64,000 nucleotides of DNA from NCBI GenBank assembly GCA_963665145.1, contig OY762064.1:2307154-2371153 (forward strand), read 5' to 3'. Within the stretch, counting starts at the first letter, position 1. Each line of letters begins with the position of its first letter. Positions 1 to 10,080 of the stretch are shown here, piece by piece. The position numbers were made by a program, and so were the translations under genes. The DNA comes from Gammaproteobacteria bacterium. Its GTDB lineage: Bacteria; Pseudomonadota; Gammaproteobacteria; Steroidobacterales; Foliamicaceae. The notes under the pieces are model-generated. The model had not been told where the DNA came from. It ran no database searches and saw nothing but the letters and a program-made list of their open reading frames with translations.

Positions 1-1
1 C

Positions 2-1291
2 CCCTACGGGATCGCCCTGGCGCATAACGGCAACCTCACCAATGCCCATGAACTGGCCGGCGAGATGCGTCTCAGGGACCGCCGCTATCTCAACACCAAC
101 TCCGACAGCGAGTTGCTGCTGAACGTGTTTGCGCACGAACTGCTGCGCACCACGCGCCGTGGTATGGACACCGAGGCCGTGTTCCGCGCCATTCGCGGCG
201 TTCACAAGCGCTGCAAGGGCGCCTACTCGGTGGTTTGTCTGATCCTGGGCTACGGCCTGGTGGCATTTCGCGACCCCTACGGCATACGGCCCATGGTGAT
301 CGGGCGCAGGGAAGGAAAGAAAGGCCCGGAATACCTGGTGGCGTCCGAGAGCGTGGCCCTGCAGCAACTCGGATTCGAACTGGTGCGCGACGTCCTGCCC
401 GGCGAGGCATGGTATTTCGGCTACGGTGAAGAAGCGGTCACCAAGCAGTGCGCGCCACGCAAGCAATACACGCCCTGCATCTTCGAGTATGTCTATTTCG
501 CGCGCCCCGATTCGCTGATGGACCGGATTTCCGTCCACAAGGCACGCCTTCGGATGGGTGAGCGTCTGGCGGACAAGATACTGCGCGATTACGACACCTC
601 CGATGTGGACGTGGTGATCCCGATCCCGGACACCAGCCGCACCAGTGCCCTGGAAGTGGCCAATCGGCTCAACGTCAAGTACCGCGAGGGTTTTATCAAG
701 AACCGCTATATCGGCCGCACCTTCATCATGCCCGGGCAGGATGAACGCGCCCGCTCGGTGCGCCAGAAGCTCAACCCGATCAACCTGGAGTTTCGCGGCA
801 AGAACGTGCTGCTGGTGGACGATTCCATCGTGCGCGGCACGACCTCGCGGAAGATCGTGGAAATGGCCCGCGAAGCGGGAGCAAAAAAGGTTTATTTCGC
901 TTCGGCCGCGCCACCGGTTCGCTACCAGAACGTCTATGGGATCGACATGCCGGCGCCCGACGAGCTGATCGCAGCCAATCGCAGCGTGGAAGAAGTCCAG
1001 GAGTCGATCGGCGCCGACTGGCTGGTTTACCAGGACCTGGGTGACCTGATATCCGCGGTGAATTTCCGGCATGCGGAAATCACCGGCTTCGATGTGTCCT
1101 GTTTCAACGGCCAGTACGTCACCGGCGGCGTGGACCGCAAGCTGCTGAAGCGGGTTGCGCAGGAACGCTCCGACGGCGTGCGTTCCAAGCGCCGTTCGCG
1201 CAAGCGCAAGGCGAAACGCGCCAATCCGGTCGCGGCCGCCCAGCCCGTCAAGATGGCTGAATTGCCCGCCCTGGAAGCCAAGAGCACCTAG
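2..1291 (+). CDS. purF: amidophosphoribosyltransferase, 5' end cut by window edge
   Basis: Frame is open from nt 2 (PYGIALAHNGNLTNAHELA precedes the listed ORF). PRPP-binding loop VLLVDDSIVRGTTSRKIV. Overall PurF-like sequence with a basic C-terminal tail. Confidence 0.9.
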   Translation, partial: PYGIALAHNGNLTNAHELAGEMRLRDRRYLNTNSDSELLLNVFAHELLRTTRRGMDTEAVFRAIRGVHKRCKGAYSVVCLILGYGLVAFRDPYGIRPMVIGRREGKKGPEYLVASESVALQQLGFELVRDVLPGEAWYFGYGEEAVTKQCAPRKQYTPCIFEYVYFARPDSLMDRISVHKARLRMGERLADKILRDYDTSDVDVVIPIPDTSRTSALEVANRLNVKYREGFIKNRYIGRTFIMPGQDERARSVRQKLNPINLEFRGKNVLLVDDSIVRGTTSRKIVEMAREAGAKKVYFASAAPPVRYQNVYGIDMPAPDELIAANRSVEEVQESIGADWLVYQDLGDLISAVNFRHAEITGFDVSCFNGQYVTGGVDRKLLKRVAQERSDGVRSKRRSRKRKAKRANPVAAAQPVKMAELPALEAKST

Positions 1292-2010
1292 AGTCCGAAC
1301 TCCTCCAGCCGAATTCCCTCGGCGCCGCTTTCCAGCACCCACCCCTTCCGAAACCAATCGCCCAGGACAATCCGGGTGGCCGGCTTGCCGCCCAGTGCGA
1401 ACTCATGCACCGCGGGACGGTGTGTGTGGCCGTGGATCAGCCGCCGCACTCCGTTCGCCTGCATTGACTCTGCAACGGCCGCCGCGTTCACGTCCATGAT
1501 CTCCATCGGTTTCCCGCTGGTAGAGATACGGCTGGCGTCGCGGGCCTGCGCCGCCAGCGCACGCCGGGCCATCAACGGCAAGGCCAGAAATTGCGCCTGC
1601 CACTTCGGATCGCGGACCATGGAGCGGAACTCCTGGTAGTCATGGTCGTCGGTGCACAAGCTGTCGCCGTGCATCAGCAGGACAGGCTCGCCCCCGAGAT
1701 CGACGACTTTGCTTTCCGGGAGCAGTTCCACCCCGCTGCGTCGGGAGAAGTCCTCGCCGACCAAAAAATCGCGGTTGCCGTGCGCGAACCACGCCGGAGT
1801 GCCGCCCGAGGTCAGTTGCGCCAGGGCTTCGATTACCTCCTGCGCCAGGGGGTCGTCATCGTCATCGCCCACCCAGGCCTCGAACAGGTCGCCCAGGATG
1901 TACAGGGCATCGGCGTTGCCGGCCCGGTTTTTCAGGAAGTTACGAAAGGCTCGGGTTGCGTCGGGTCGGGTGGCGTCCAGGTGGAGATCGGATATGAACA
2001 GAACGGTCAT
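1288..2010 (-). CDS. lpxH: UDP-2,3-diacylglucosamine hydrolase
   Basis: Calcineurin-like metallophosphoesterase motifs ISDLHLD, GDLFEAWVGDDD, HGNRDFL, HGHTHRP. 240 aa, the length expected for LpxH. Confidence 0.9.
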   Translation of the reverse strand: MTVLFISDLHLDATRPDATRAFRNFLKNRAGNADALYILGDLFEAWVGDDDDDPLAQEVIEALAQLTSGGTPAWFAHGNRDFLVGEDFSRRSGVELLPESKVVDLGGEPVLLMHGDSLCTDDHDYQEFRSMVRDPKWQAQFLALPLMARRALAAQARDASRISTSGKPMEIMDVNAAAVAESMQANGVRRLIHGHTHRPAVHEFALGGKPATRIVLGDWFRKGWVLESGAEGIRLEEFGL

Positions 2011-2615
2011 TGATTCACGCGCAGCACTCGCTCGATGATCACAGGCGCCGCGGGCACGTTCTGGGAGAATTCGCCGCCCGGCCCGGTGGCCCGGTTGCCG
2101 ATTTCATCCACAATCTCCATGCCGCTGACGACACGTCCGAACACCGCGTAGCCCCAACGCCCGGGGCGAGGATTCAGCGCGGGGTTGTCCTGCAGGTTGA
2201 TATAGAACTGGTTCTGCGCCGAGTGAGGGTCGCTGGTGCGGGCCATGGCGATCGTGCCGCGAATATTGGAACGGCCGTTGCCGGACTCGTTGGGCAGCGT
2301 CTCGTCGATCGTCCGTTCCTGGAAATCCACCGACCAGCCGCCGCCCTGGATCACGAAATCCTTGACCACGCGATGAAAGATCGTGCCCTCGTAGAAGCGG
2401 CTGGCCGCCAGGCGCAGGAATTGCGCGGTAGTCAGGGGAGCGTCCAGAGCGTAAAGCTCCAGGGTGAAGGCGCCGGCCGTGGTTTCGATGCGAACCCGCG
2501 GGAAGGGATCCGGCGACTCGTCTGCTTCGGCCGGCTCCTGGGCGTGGAGACTGACGGCCGATAGCGCCGCCAGGCAGAGGATTGCGGCCTGGGTTGTCTT
2601 ACTCGTTCGTTTCAT
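2007..2615 (-). CDS. ppiA: periplasmic cyclophilin-type peptidyl-prolyl cis-trans isomerase
   Basis: [14 protein letters not shown] and [10 protein letters not shown] cyclophilin motifs. Start chosen at [25 protein letters not shown] (signal peptide), internal to the 226-aa ORF. Confidence 0.85.
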   Translation of the reverse strand: MKRTSKTTQAAILCLAALSAVSLHAQEPAEADESPDPFPRVRIETTAGAFTLELYALDAPLTTAQFLRLAASRFYEGTIFHRVVKDFVIQGGGWSVDFQERTIDETLPNESGNGRSNIRGTIAMARTSDPHSAQNQFYINLQDNPALNPRPGRWGYAVFGRVVSGMEIVDEIGNRATGPGGEFSQNVPAAPVIIERVLRVNQ

Positions 2616-3516
2616 TTTGAGACTCCTGATAAATCCCGGGGGCGACGCCCTCGTTCCCGGCGTCGGAATTGTTGTGCATTGCGGCATCGAGTGTGTTCTG
2701 CAGCAGCATGGCGACGGTCATCGGACCCACGCCGCCGGGCACCGGCGCAATCCAGGCGGCGCGCTTGCGGGCCTCTTCGAATTCTACGTCGCCGCGCAGC
2801 TTGCCATCGCTCATCCGGGTAATTCCGATGTCCAGCACCACCGCGCCGGGCCGTATCCACGAGCCGCGCACCAAACCCGGCTTGCCGACCGCGCTGGCGA
2901 GGATTTCCGCCTGCCGCACGTGTCCCTCGAGGTCGGTCGTAAAACGGTGGCAAACAGTTACGGTGGCGCCCACCAGCAGCAGCTCCAGCGCCAGGGGGCG
3001 ACCCACCAGATTGGAAGCGCCTACGACCACGCAATGCTTGCCCTTGGGGCTGACGCCGATTCGTTCCAGCATCCGTATTACTCCAACCGCCGTGCACGGA
3101 CGCAGCCTGGGCGCGCGCAACGCCAACAGGCCGAAGGTAAGCGGATGAAAGCCGTCCACGTCCTTGTTCGGATCGATCCGCTGAATCACTTTCAGGGGAT
3201 CGATGTGGCCGGGAAGCGGCAGCTGCACGAGGATCCCGTCAATGTCTTCATCCGCATTGCACCGATCGATCAGCGCAAGCAGTTCCTCTTCGGAGGTTTC
3301 GCCCGGCAGGTTGTGATCAATCGACAGGATTCCGGCCCTTGCACTCGCCAGGCGCTTGTTGCGCACATAGACCTGCGAGGCCGTGTCCTCCCCGACCAGC
3401 ACCGTGGCCAGCGCCGGGGCCCGAATGCCGGAGGCGCTGCGCTGCTCTACGGTCTGGCGGATTTCCTCCCGAATTTCCGCCGCGATGGCCTTGCCGTCAA
3501 TCAGTTGGGCGGTCAT
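2599..3516 (-). CDS. folD: bifunctional methylenetetrahydrofolate dehydrogenase/cyclohydrolase
   Basis: N-terminus [53 protein letters not shown] Rossmann segment, [15 protein letters not shown]. Confidence 0.9.
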   Translation of the reverse strand: MTAQLIDGKAIAAEIREEIRQTVEQRSASGIRAPALATVLVGEDTASQVYVRNKRLASARAGILSIDHNLPGETSEEELLALIDRCNADEDIDGILVQLPLPGHIDPLKVIQRIDPNKDVDGFHPLTFGLLALRAPRLRPCTAVGVIRMLERIGVSPKGKHCVVVGASNLVGRPLALELLLVGATVTVCHRFTTDLEGHVRQAEILASAVGKPGLVRGSWIRPGAVVLDIGITRMSDGKLRGDVEFEEARKRAAWIAPVPGGVGPMTVAMLLQNTLDAAMHNNSDAGNEGVAPGIYQESQNETNE

Positions 3517-3752
3517 CTGGACTTGCCGGGCGGTTAATGGAGTGGATGCATCGGGCTAAGGAACGTGCGTGACGTGGGTGCTTGAATTTTCCCTTCCTCC
3601 GTGGAGATTTTACCGGCTGTATGGGGCGCTCACCAATGGGAAACGTTCACGATGTTCCCGGCCCGGCGCTCAGGTGACGGGAGTGTAGAGGGTTGTTATG
3701 ATGCAATGCTGCTTTTGCAGGCTCCGGGATTCCGCGCAAGGGAGAGAATTAC

Positions 3753-6710
3753 ATGCGATTTTCAATCATTCTTTGGGGGATGGTGCAGGCGTTGCGGCTC
3801 ACCGCGCTCCTGTATTCCGCGTTCAGGAACCGCCTCAAGGAAAGAAATGTCATCGCCCAATTCAAGTTGCAGGACAACTCGGAAGGCCGCTGGGTACAGA
3901 CTGACAACGGCAAGGTCCGTTCCGCGAAAGGAATTCACGACAACCCCGATTTCTCGGTCGTGTTCAAGAACAAGGCGATCGCCGAGGAGTTCCTGACGCC
4001 GCCCTTCGATCAACTGGTGCGGGTCGACGCCGCCAAGAACTTCAAGCTCATGGTGGAGGGTTCCGACGAGAAGGCAGTGTGGTTCATGACCCTGCTCAAC
4101 CGCATGCAGCGGGTGCGGTGGCAGAGCGGGACCGACATAAGCGACGGCGTCGTGCGCTACACCAACGGCACCAACGGCGGGCCGATATTCGTCTACGTCA
4201 AGGAAGGCAAGATCATCCGGATCACTCCCATGGACTTCGATGACGAAGACGCTCCGTCCTGGACCATAAAAGCGAGAGGAAAGGAATTTTCGCCGCCCCG
4301 GCGCACCACCCTGGCCGCGCATGGGATGTGCCAGAAGTCCATGGTCTACTCGAAGAACCGGATCCTGTACCCCATGAAGCGGGTGGACTTCGATCCGGAC
4401 GGCGAGCGGAATATCGCCAACCGCGGCAAGTCGGAGTTCGAGCGCATCAGCTGGGACGAGGCGCTGGACATCGTCGAAAAGGAGATCAAGCGCTCCAAGA
4501 AGCATGGCCCCGGGGCCGTGCTGGTGGCGCACGGCTCGCATCACCAGTGGGGCAATCTGGGACATTACCTGAGCGCCTTCAACCGCTTCTGGAACCTCAT
4601 CGGCTGCTCGAAGCTGCACAACAATCCCGACAGCTGGGAAGGCTGGTACTGGGGCGCCATGCACCACTGGGGCAACAGCATGCGGCTCGGGACACCGGAG
4701 TTCTACGGCACCGTGGAGGACTGCCTCAAGGAAGCGGAGCTGATCGTGTTCTGGTCCAGCGACCCGGACGCCAGCTACGGCTACGAGGGCACCGTCCGGC
4801 GCGAATGGGCCAGGGAACTGGGCATCAAGATGGTCCATGTCGATCCGTTTTTGAACCACACGGCGGCCCATCTGGGCGGCAAGTGGATCTCGCCCAAGCC
4901 CGGCACCGACTCCGCTATGGCCCAGGCGCTGTGCTACATCTGGATCACGGAGGACCTTTACGACAAGGAATTCGTGGACAAGCGGACCACGGGTTTCGAC
5001 GAATGGAAGGCCTACATTCTCGGTGAGTCAGACGGCACGCCGAAGACCCCTGAATGGCAGGAGGCGGAAACGAAGGTTCCCGCGCGCGAGGTCCGGGCGC
5101 TGGCCAGGGAATGGGGCAGCAAGAAGACCTATCTCGGCGCCGGCGGCTGGGGTTGCGGCCTCGGCGGCGCCGGCCGCGGTCCCATGGGCATCCAGTGGGC
5201 GCGGATGATGACCATCCTGGGCGCGATGCAGGGCTTTGGCCGGGCGGGAGTGAACTTCGGCAACCTCCAGTTCGGGTCTCCGCTGGACTTCTCCTTCTAC
5301 TTCCCCGGCTATGCCGAAGGCAGCATGTCCGGCGAGCTTGCCTACAGCGCCAATGCCGCCAACAACTATCAGCGCATGCCGCACGTCGTGACCATGAACT
5401 CGTCACGCCAGAACATTCCCAAGATACGGCTGCCCGAGGCGATCATGGAGGGACACGCCATGGGCTTTTTGACCGACGTCGCTTCGGTGCAGGGCCAGTT
5501 CCTGCGCTTCGGTTACCCGGCGCCCGGCCACGCGAAGATCCAGATGATGTACAAGTACGGCAGCTCCAGCTTCGGCACCATGGTCGACTCCAATCGCTGG
5601 GTGCAGATGTATCAGTCGGAGAACCTGCCGTTCGTCGTCAACCAGTCGGTATGGATGGAGGGCGAGACACCCTTCTCGGACGTCATTCTTCCCGCCTGCA
5701 CCGTATTCGAGCGCTGGGACATCGGCGAGTATTACAACGTCGGCGCGGGCTACGTGCATCACATGTTCTCGATGGTCAATCACCGCGTGATCTCGCTGCA
5801 GCACAAGTGCATCGAGCCGCTGGGCGAGTCGAAGTCCGACTACGACATCTTCCTCGCCGTCGCTGAACGCTTGGGTTTGGGCGCGATGTATTCCGAGGGC
5901 GGCAATACCGAGCTGGACTGGTGCAAGCGCGTATTCGATTCGTCGGACCTGGCCAAGCACACCACCTGGAAGAAGTTCCTGAAGAAGGGCTATTTCGTGG
6001 TGCCCGCCGACCCGGAAGACGCGCGCGCTCCCACGGCGAACCGCTGGTTCTACGAGGGCCGCAAGAAGGACACGCCCGAGCCCTATCCGCTGCCCGCGGA
6101 TTACGTGGGCGAGTTCGGCGACGGACTGCAGACGCCTTCCGGCAAATTCGAGTTCCTTCCCGGGACGCTGAAGCAGGTCGAAGACCCGGCGAGGCCGCCG
6201 CTCAACGAGTACCAGAAGAGGTACGAAAATGCCGAAGCCGAACCGAACCTGGCGGGCTTCCCCCTGCAACTGTTGACGCCTCATACGCGGTATCCGTTCC
6301 ACATCATGGGCGACGACGAGGGCTGCACGCTTCAGGACATCCGCGAGCATCGCGTGACGGTAAACGGCCATTCCTACCTGGTGGCGCGCGTTAACCGCCA
6401 GGATGCACAGGAGAGAGGGGTCAGGGACGATGAACTGATACGCCTGTGGAACCACAGGGGTTCGGTGGTCTGCGCCGCCCAGCTGACGGACCGGCTGAGG
6501 CAGGGCGTCGTTAGCGCCTGCACCGGGTCCGCGCAATACCGGCCTGTGGGCGAGCCCGGCAACTCCACCGATCTCGGCGGCTGCGTCAACATGCTCAATC
6601 CCAAAAAGACCATTACCGAGCAGTCCAGCGGCATGGCGCCGAACACGTCCCTGATTCAGTTCGAGAAATGGACCGGCGTTGATACCTGGCAACGCTCGGA
6701 GGCCGCGTGA
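3753..6710 (+). CDS. molybdopterin (bis-MGD) oxidoreductase catalytic subunit, pyrogallol hydroxytransferase large-subunit-like, with ~110-aa N-terminal extension
   Basis: 985-aa ORF resembling DMSO-reductase-family enzymes and lacking an N-terminal CxxCxxxC FeS motif. Overlaps by 4 nt a 4Fe-4S beta subunit of the transhydroxylase type. No twin-arginine signal. Confidence 0.7.
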   Translation: MRFSIILWGMVQALRLTALLYSAFRNRLKERNVIAQFKLQDNSEGRWVQTDNGKVRSAKGIHDNPDFSVVFKNKAIAEEFLTPPFDQLVRVDAAKNFKLMVEGSDEKAVWFMTLLNRMQRVRWQSGTDISDGVVRYTNGTNGGPIFVYVKEGKIIRITPMDFDDEDAPSWTIKARGKEFSPPRRTTLAAHGMCQKSMVYSKNRILYPMKRVDFDPDGERNIANRGKSEFERISWDEALDIVEKEIKRSKKHGPGAVLVAHGSHHQWGNLGHYLSAFNRFWNLIGCSKLHNNPDSWEGWYWGAMHHWGNSMRLGTPEFYGTVEDCLKEAELIVFWSSDPDASYGYEGTVRREWARELGIKMVHVDPFLNHTAAHLGGKWISPKPGTDSAMAQALCYIWITEDLYDKEFVDKRTTGFDEWKAYILGESDGTPKTPEWQEAETKVPAREVRALAREWGSKKTYLGAGGWGCGLGGAGRGPMGIQWARMMTILGAMQGFGRAGVNFGNLQFGSPLDFSFYFPGYAEGSMSGELAYSANAANNYQRMPHVVTMNSSRQNIPKIRLPEAIMEGHAMGFLTDVASVQGQFLRFGYPAPGHAKIQMMYKYGSSSFGTMVDSNRWVQMYQSENLPFVVNQSVWMEGETPFSDVILPACTVFERWDIGEYYNVGAGYVHHMFSMVNHRVISLQHKCIEPLGESKSDYDIFLAVAERLGLGAMYSEGGNTELDWCKRVFDSSDLAKHTTWKKFLKKGYFVVPADPEDARAPTANRWFYEGRKKDTPEPYPLPADYVGEFGDGLQTPSGKFEFLPGTLKQVEDPARPPLNEYQKRYENAEAEPNLAGFPLQLLTPHTRYPFHIMGDDEGCTLQDIREHRVTVNGHSYLVARVNRQDAQERGVRDDELIRLWNHRGSVVCAAQLTDRLRQGVVSACTGSAQYRPVGEPGNSTDLGGCVNMLNPKKTITEQSSGMAPNTSLIQFEKWTGVDTWQRSEAA

Positions 6711-7561
6711 TGGCCAGGAAATGGAACATGATCGTCGATATCGCCCGCTGCGATAACTGCCGCAACTGTTTTCTTGCGACCAAGGACGAGCACATCGGCA
6801 ACGAGTTTCCCGGCTATTCGGCGCCGCAGCCCGAGCGCGGGCATAGCTGGGTGGACATCAAGCGCCAAGAGCGCGGCCGCTTGCCGGCCGTCGAAGCACA
6901 CTTCATGCCGGTGATGTGCAACCATTGCGACGATGCGCCGTGCATGAAGGCCGCCAAAGGTGGGGCTATCACCAAGCGCGCCGACGGCATCGTGCTGATC
7001 GACCCGAACAAAGCCAGGGGCCAGAAGGAAATCGTCGACGCCTGCCCATATGGCGCCATCTACTGGAACGAGGAAGAGCAGGTCCCGCAGGCGTGGTTCT
7101 TTGATGCGCATCTGCTTGACAAGGGTTGGGAGAAGACCCGGGTCGAGCAGAGTTGTCCCACCGACGTGTTCCGTTCGGTCAAGGTCGAAGACAAGGAGAT
7201 GCAGCGCATCAGGGAAGAGGAGGACCTGGCGGTCCGCGAACCGGAACTCGGAACGAAGCCGCGCGTCTATTACAAGAACATGCACCTGATGACCCATTGT
7301 TTTGTTGCCGGATCGGTGGTGGACGATGTGGACGGCGTGGAAGAGTGCGCGGCGGACGCCGAAGTCGTGCTGAGCATGGGCGGCAGCGAAGTGGCGCGAG
7401 CAACGACCGACATGTTCGGCGACTTCCGGTTCGACAAGCTGGAGAAAAACAGCGGCCAGTACCAGATCGCGATTGCTACCGAGTCTTCCGGGCATGCCTC
7501 GGCGCAGTTCGATCTCGCCGAAGAAAGCCTCTATCTCGGAGCGATAGCGCTGGGAGACTGA
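6707..7561 (+). CDS. 4Fe-4S ferredoxin-type beta subunit of the molybdoenzyme (transhydroxylase small-subunit-like) with C-terminal prealbumin/Ig-like domain
   Basis: Cys clusters CDNCRNC, CNHCDDAPC, CPYGAIY, CPTDVF. The C-terminal ~90 aa look like a beta-sandwich domain. ATGA overlap with the upstream gene. Confidence 0.75.
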   Translation: MMARKWNMIVDIARCDNCRNCFLATKDEHIGNEFPGYSAPQPERGHSWVDIKRQERGRLPAVEAHFMPVMCNHCDDAPCMKAAKGGAITKRADGIVLIDPNKARGQKEIVDACPYGAIYWNEEEQVPQAWFFDAHLLDKGWEKTRVEQSCPTDVFRSVKVEDKEMQRIREEEDLAVREPELGTKPRVYYKNMHLMTHCFVAGSVVDDVDGVEECAADAEVVLSMGGSEVARATTDMFGDFRFDKLEKNSGQYQIAIATESSGHASAQFDLAEESLYLGAIALGD

Positions 7562-7618
7562 GCGCTCACCCGGCGCAGGGCGTTCCGCGCACAGTATTGG
7601 GAGGAACAGCACACGCGC

Positions 7619-8512
7619 ATGAAAACCAGAACCCGGCGTGCGTTCATCAGTTCAGCGGTGGCAACCGGGGTGGCCGCTTCGGTCCCGGGAAACGCAAACG
7701 CCAACGCCAACCGGCGGCCTCTTGACCTGGAGGACCCGCGCGACAATCTCGACGCCTACATCAAGGCACGCTCCGACGTATCGGGCGCCGACGCGCCGTT
7801 ATGGAGCACGGGGCAGGTCTGGAGTTACATTCCCGGGCAGCGCAGCAAGCTGCTGTTCAGGACCACCGGTCTCGCCATCTCCCGTACAGTCACCGACGAG
7901 GCCGGGTATTTCTGGCTGAACCGCGAGTGTTTGTATTTCCAGGACCCGGAGACCGGCGAGGTGATCGACCGCTGGACCAACCCCTTCACGGAAAAGGAAG
8001 TGCAGGTCTTCCACATCCGCAATATCCACGTCAACAGCCGGTTCGATTACGAAGGCGGGAACGGGCCCGGCCTCAAACCGTATATGGAGCACATGGGCGA
8101 CGTGACCTTCTATTCGGACCTCATGTTCTTCGGCCCATCGCCGCTGAGCATGGAGGAATATCCGGCCTATGTGGGAAGCCCGTATTACCAGGGCGCCTCG
8201 GTGTACAACCACCACGTCAAGCGCGCCGATCTTGAGAACCTGGACCTGGGCGCCGCCCCGGCGATCGTGTCCTGGATCTCCAATCGTCAATGGGCGCCGT
8301 GGATGGAAATGGGCAGCTGGGCAGGCGGCATGGTGATTTCAACCCGCGGCAAGAAGCTTGCGAAGGTCACCGACCTCCCCGAAGACATTCTCGGCTACAT
8401 GGAAAAGAACGATCCCGAATACTTAAGGTCTCCGGAGGAGGTCACGGGAGACACAACGTCCTTCTACGAGGAATTCAGGAAGTACGTGGACGGAAAACGC
8501 GCCGGCCAGTGA
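7619..8512 (+). CDS. Tat-signal secreted protein of unknown function (possibly DUF1838-like)
   Basis: N-terminus MKTRTRRAFISSAVATGVAASVPGNANA is a near-consensus twin-arginine signal. The DUF1838 assignment is a weak recollection only. Confidence 0.6.
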   Translation: MKTRTRRAFISSAVATGVAASVPGNANANANRRPLDLEDPRDNLDAYIKARSDVSGADAPLWSTGQVWSYIPGQRSKLLFRTTGLAISRTVTDEAGYFWLNRECLYFQDPETGEVIDRWTNPFTEKEVQVFHIRNIHVNSRFDYEGGNGPGLKPYMEHMGDVTFYSDLMFFGPSPLSMEEYPAYVGSPYYQGASVYNHHVKRADLENLDLGAAPAIVSWISNRQWAPWMEMGSWAGGMVISTRGKKLAKVTDLPEDILGYMEKNDPEYLRSPEEVTGDTTSFYEEFRKYVDGKRAGQ

Positions 8513-8584
8513 TTGACGAGCCCACTGGTACGGCCATGGCGCGCAGATTTTCAACCGGGCTCGCTTGAGGAGAAACAGACGACC

Positions 8585-9718
8585 ATGACAAACCAGATGA
8601 CACGCCGCAGCCTGCTGTCGACAAGCGCAGGCGCTCTGGCGGGGCTGGCGGCATTGCCCGCGGTTCCCGCGGTGGCTGCTTCGGAGTCTTCCGCCGACGC
8701 TTCGGCCGGCAAGACGGACGGCACCTATCCCACGGCGCCGCTGCGCAGCGACACCGTGAACTTCGGCGTCGTGCAGACCCGCGTTCATCCCGTCGATGCC
8801 GCCAACACGAAGCAGACGCTCAAGAAAAACCTCGACCACATGCTGTGGGCGATCGACCGGGCGCAATACTACGGCGGCCACAAGGACTTTCTGGCCTTCC
8901 ACGAGTTCCCGCTGACCGGCTGGGACCGGTGGACACGCTCGGAAATACTGAGCTTCGCCCCGGAACTGCCGGGTGAAGAAACCGAAGCCATCGGCGCCAA
9001 GGCCCGCGAGCACAACTGCTACATCTCCTTCGGCACCTATGCGCAGTACAAGGAATGGCCGCGCCACATCATGAGCGTGGCGGTGGTGATCGGGCCGGAC
9101 GGGAAGATCGTTTCCGAACAGTGGAAGGCGCGCAACATTCACGGCGTATTCGTCGGCTTTGAACTCTTCACCACTTCGGTCTACGAGGTGCTGGAGCGCT
9201 ACGTCGAAATGTATGGCTGGGACGCCGTGATCCCCGTGGCGCGGACCTCGGTGGGCAACATCTGCATCTCGCCGTGCAAGATGGAGCCGGAACTCTATCG
9301 GGCCATGGCGATCAAGGGCGCCGAGATCATCATCCGGACGTCCACGGGCGGCTACAACCACCTCGACATGCGCAACGTCTGCCAGGGGAACAAGGTGTAC
9401 GGCGCGCTGTCCAATAACGCCGTGTCGCCGGGCAACAAGAGTTTTCTCGAGACTGCGGGCGGCGGCGGCAGCGTCATCATCGGCCCGGACGGAAAGATCC
9501 TCGCCGAGGCGGAGGGCCATCATGAGGAACTACTGACCTACCGGATCCCGATGGCCGATTTCCGCAGCCGGCACCGGATTCCGGATGTCCACACCGAGCT
9601 GTACGAGCATGTGATGGACGGCTACAAGTCCCGCTACGCCCCGGGTGCATTCCTGGATTCGTTGCCCGAAGGGCTCGACGAAGCCTACGAGCAGTTCAAG
9701 GACAACGCCCGCTGGTAG
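8585..9718 (+). CDS. Tat-signal carbon-nitrogen hydrolase (nitrilase superfamily) protein
   Basis: Start at MTNQMTRRSLLSTSAGALAGLAALPAVPAVA, preceded by GAGGAG. Candidate Glu-Lys-Cys triad contexts FHEFPLTGW, QWKARNIH, GNICISPCKMEPE. Confidence 0.75.
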   Translation: MTNQMTRRSLLSTSAGALAGLAALPAVPAVAASESSADASAGKTDGTYPTAPLRSDTVNFGVVQTRVHPVDAANTKQTLKKNLDHMLWAIDRAQYYGGHKDFLAFHEFPLTGWDRWTRSEILSFAPELPGEETEAIGAKAREHNCYISFGTYAQYKEWPRHIMSVAVVIGPDGKIVSEQWKARNIHGVFVGFELFTTSVYEVLERYVEMYGWDAVIPVARTSVGNICISPCKMEPELYRAMAIKGAEIIIRTSTGGYNHLDMRNVCQGNKVYGALSNNAVSPGNKSFLETAGGGGSVIIGPDGKILAEAEGHHEELLTYRIPMADFRSRHRIPDVHTELYEHVMDGYKSRYAPGAFLDSLPEGLDEAYEQFKDNARW

Positions 9719-9729
9719 TGCGTCAGGAC

Positions 9730-10080
9730 ATGGCTCCGCGGCCCTTCGCCTTTTTGCTGACACTCGCCGCCGCCAGCCTGGCCGGCTGCGCCACGAGTGT
9801 CCCGGCGGCTCGCCTTCCGCACCCTCCCGGGCCGCCCTTGTACTGGTATGTGCATGATTCGTCCGAAGAGGAAGGGAAGATCACGTTTCGGTGCATTGAC
9901 GCCGGTACCATGAATTGCGCCGACAAAGTGGACAGAAATATCATGGTTCTGGAGGCTGCAAGAATATGCCGCGACTGGGGCTACGCCAGCCTCAAGACCG
10001 TAGGCCCTAATATCTTCTGGACACGGCCGACCAAGGAAGGCATGAAGGTAGAGCATCAATCCACGTTTCGGTGCAGGTAA
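9730..10080 (+). CDS. small Cys-containing lipoprotein, unknown function
   Basis: MAPRPFAFLLTLAAASLAGC lipobox. An alternative GTG start lies at 9718, overlapping the upstream stop. Confidence 0.5.
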   Translation: MAPRPFAFLLTLAAASLAGCATSVPAARLPHPPGPPLYWYVHDSSEEEGKITFRCIDAGTMNCADKVDRNIMVLEAARICRDWGYASLKTVGPNIFWTRPTKEGMKVEHQSTFRCR

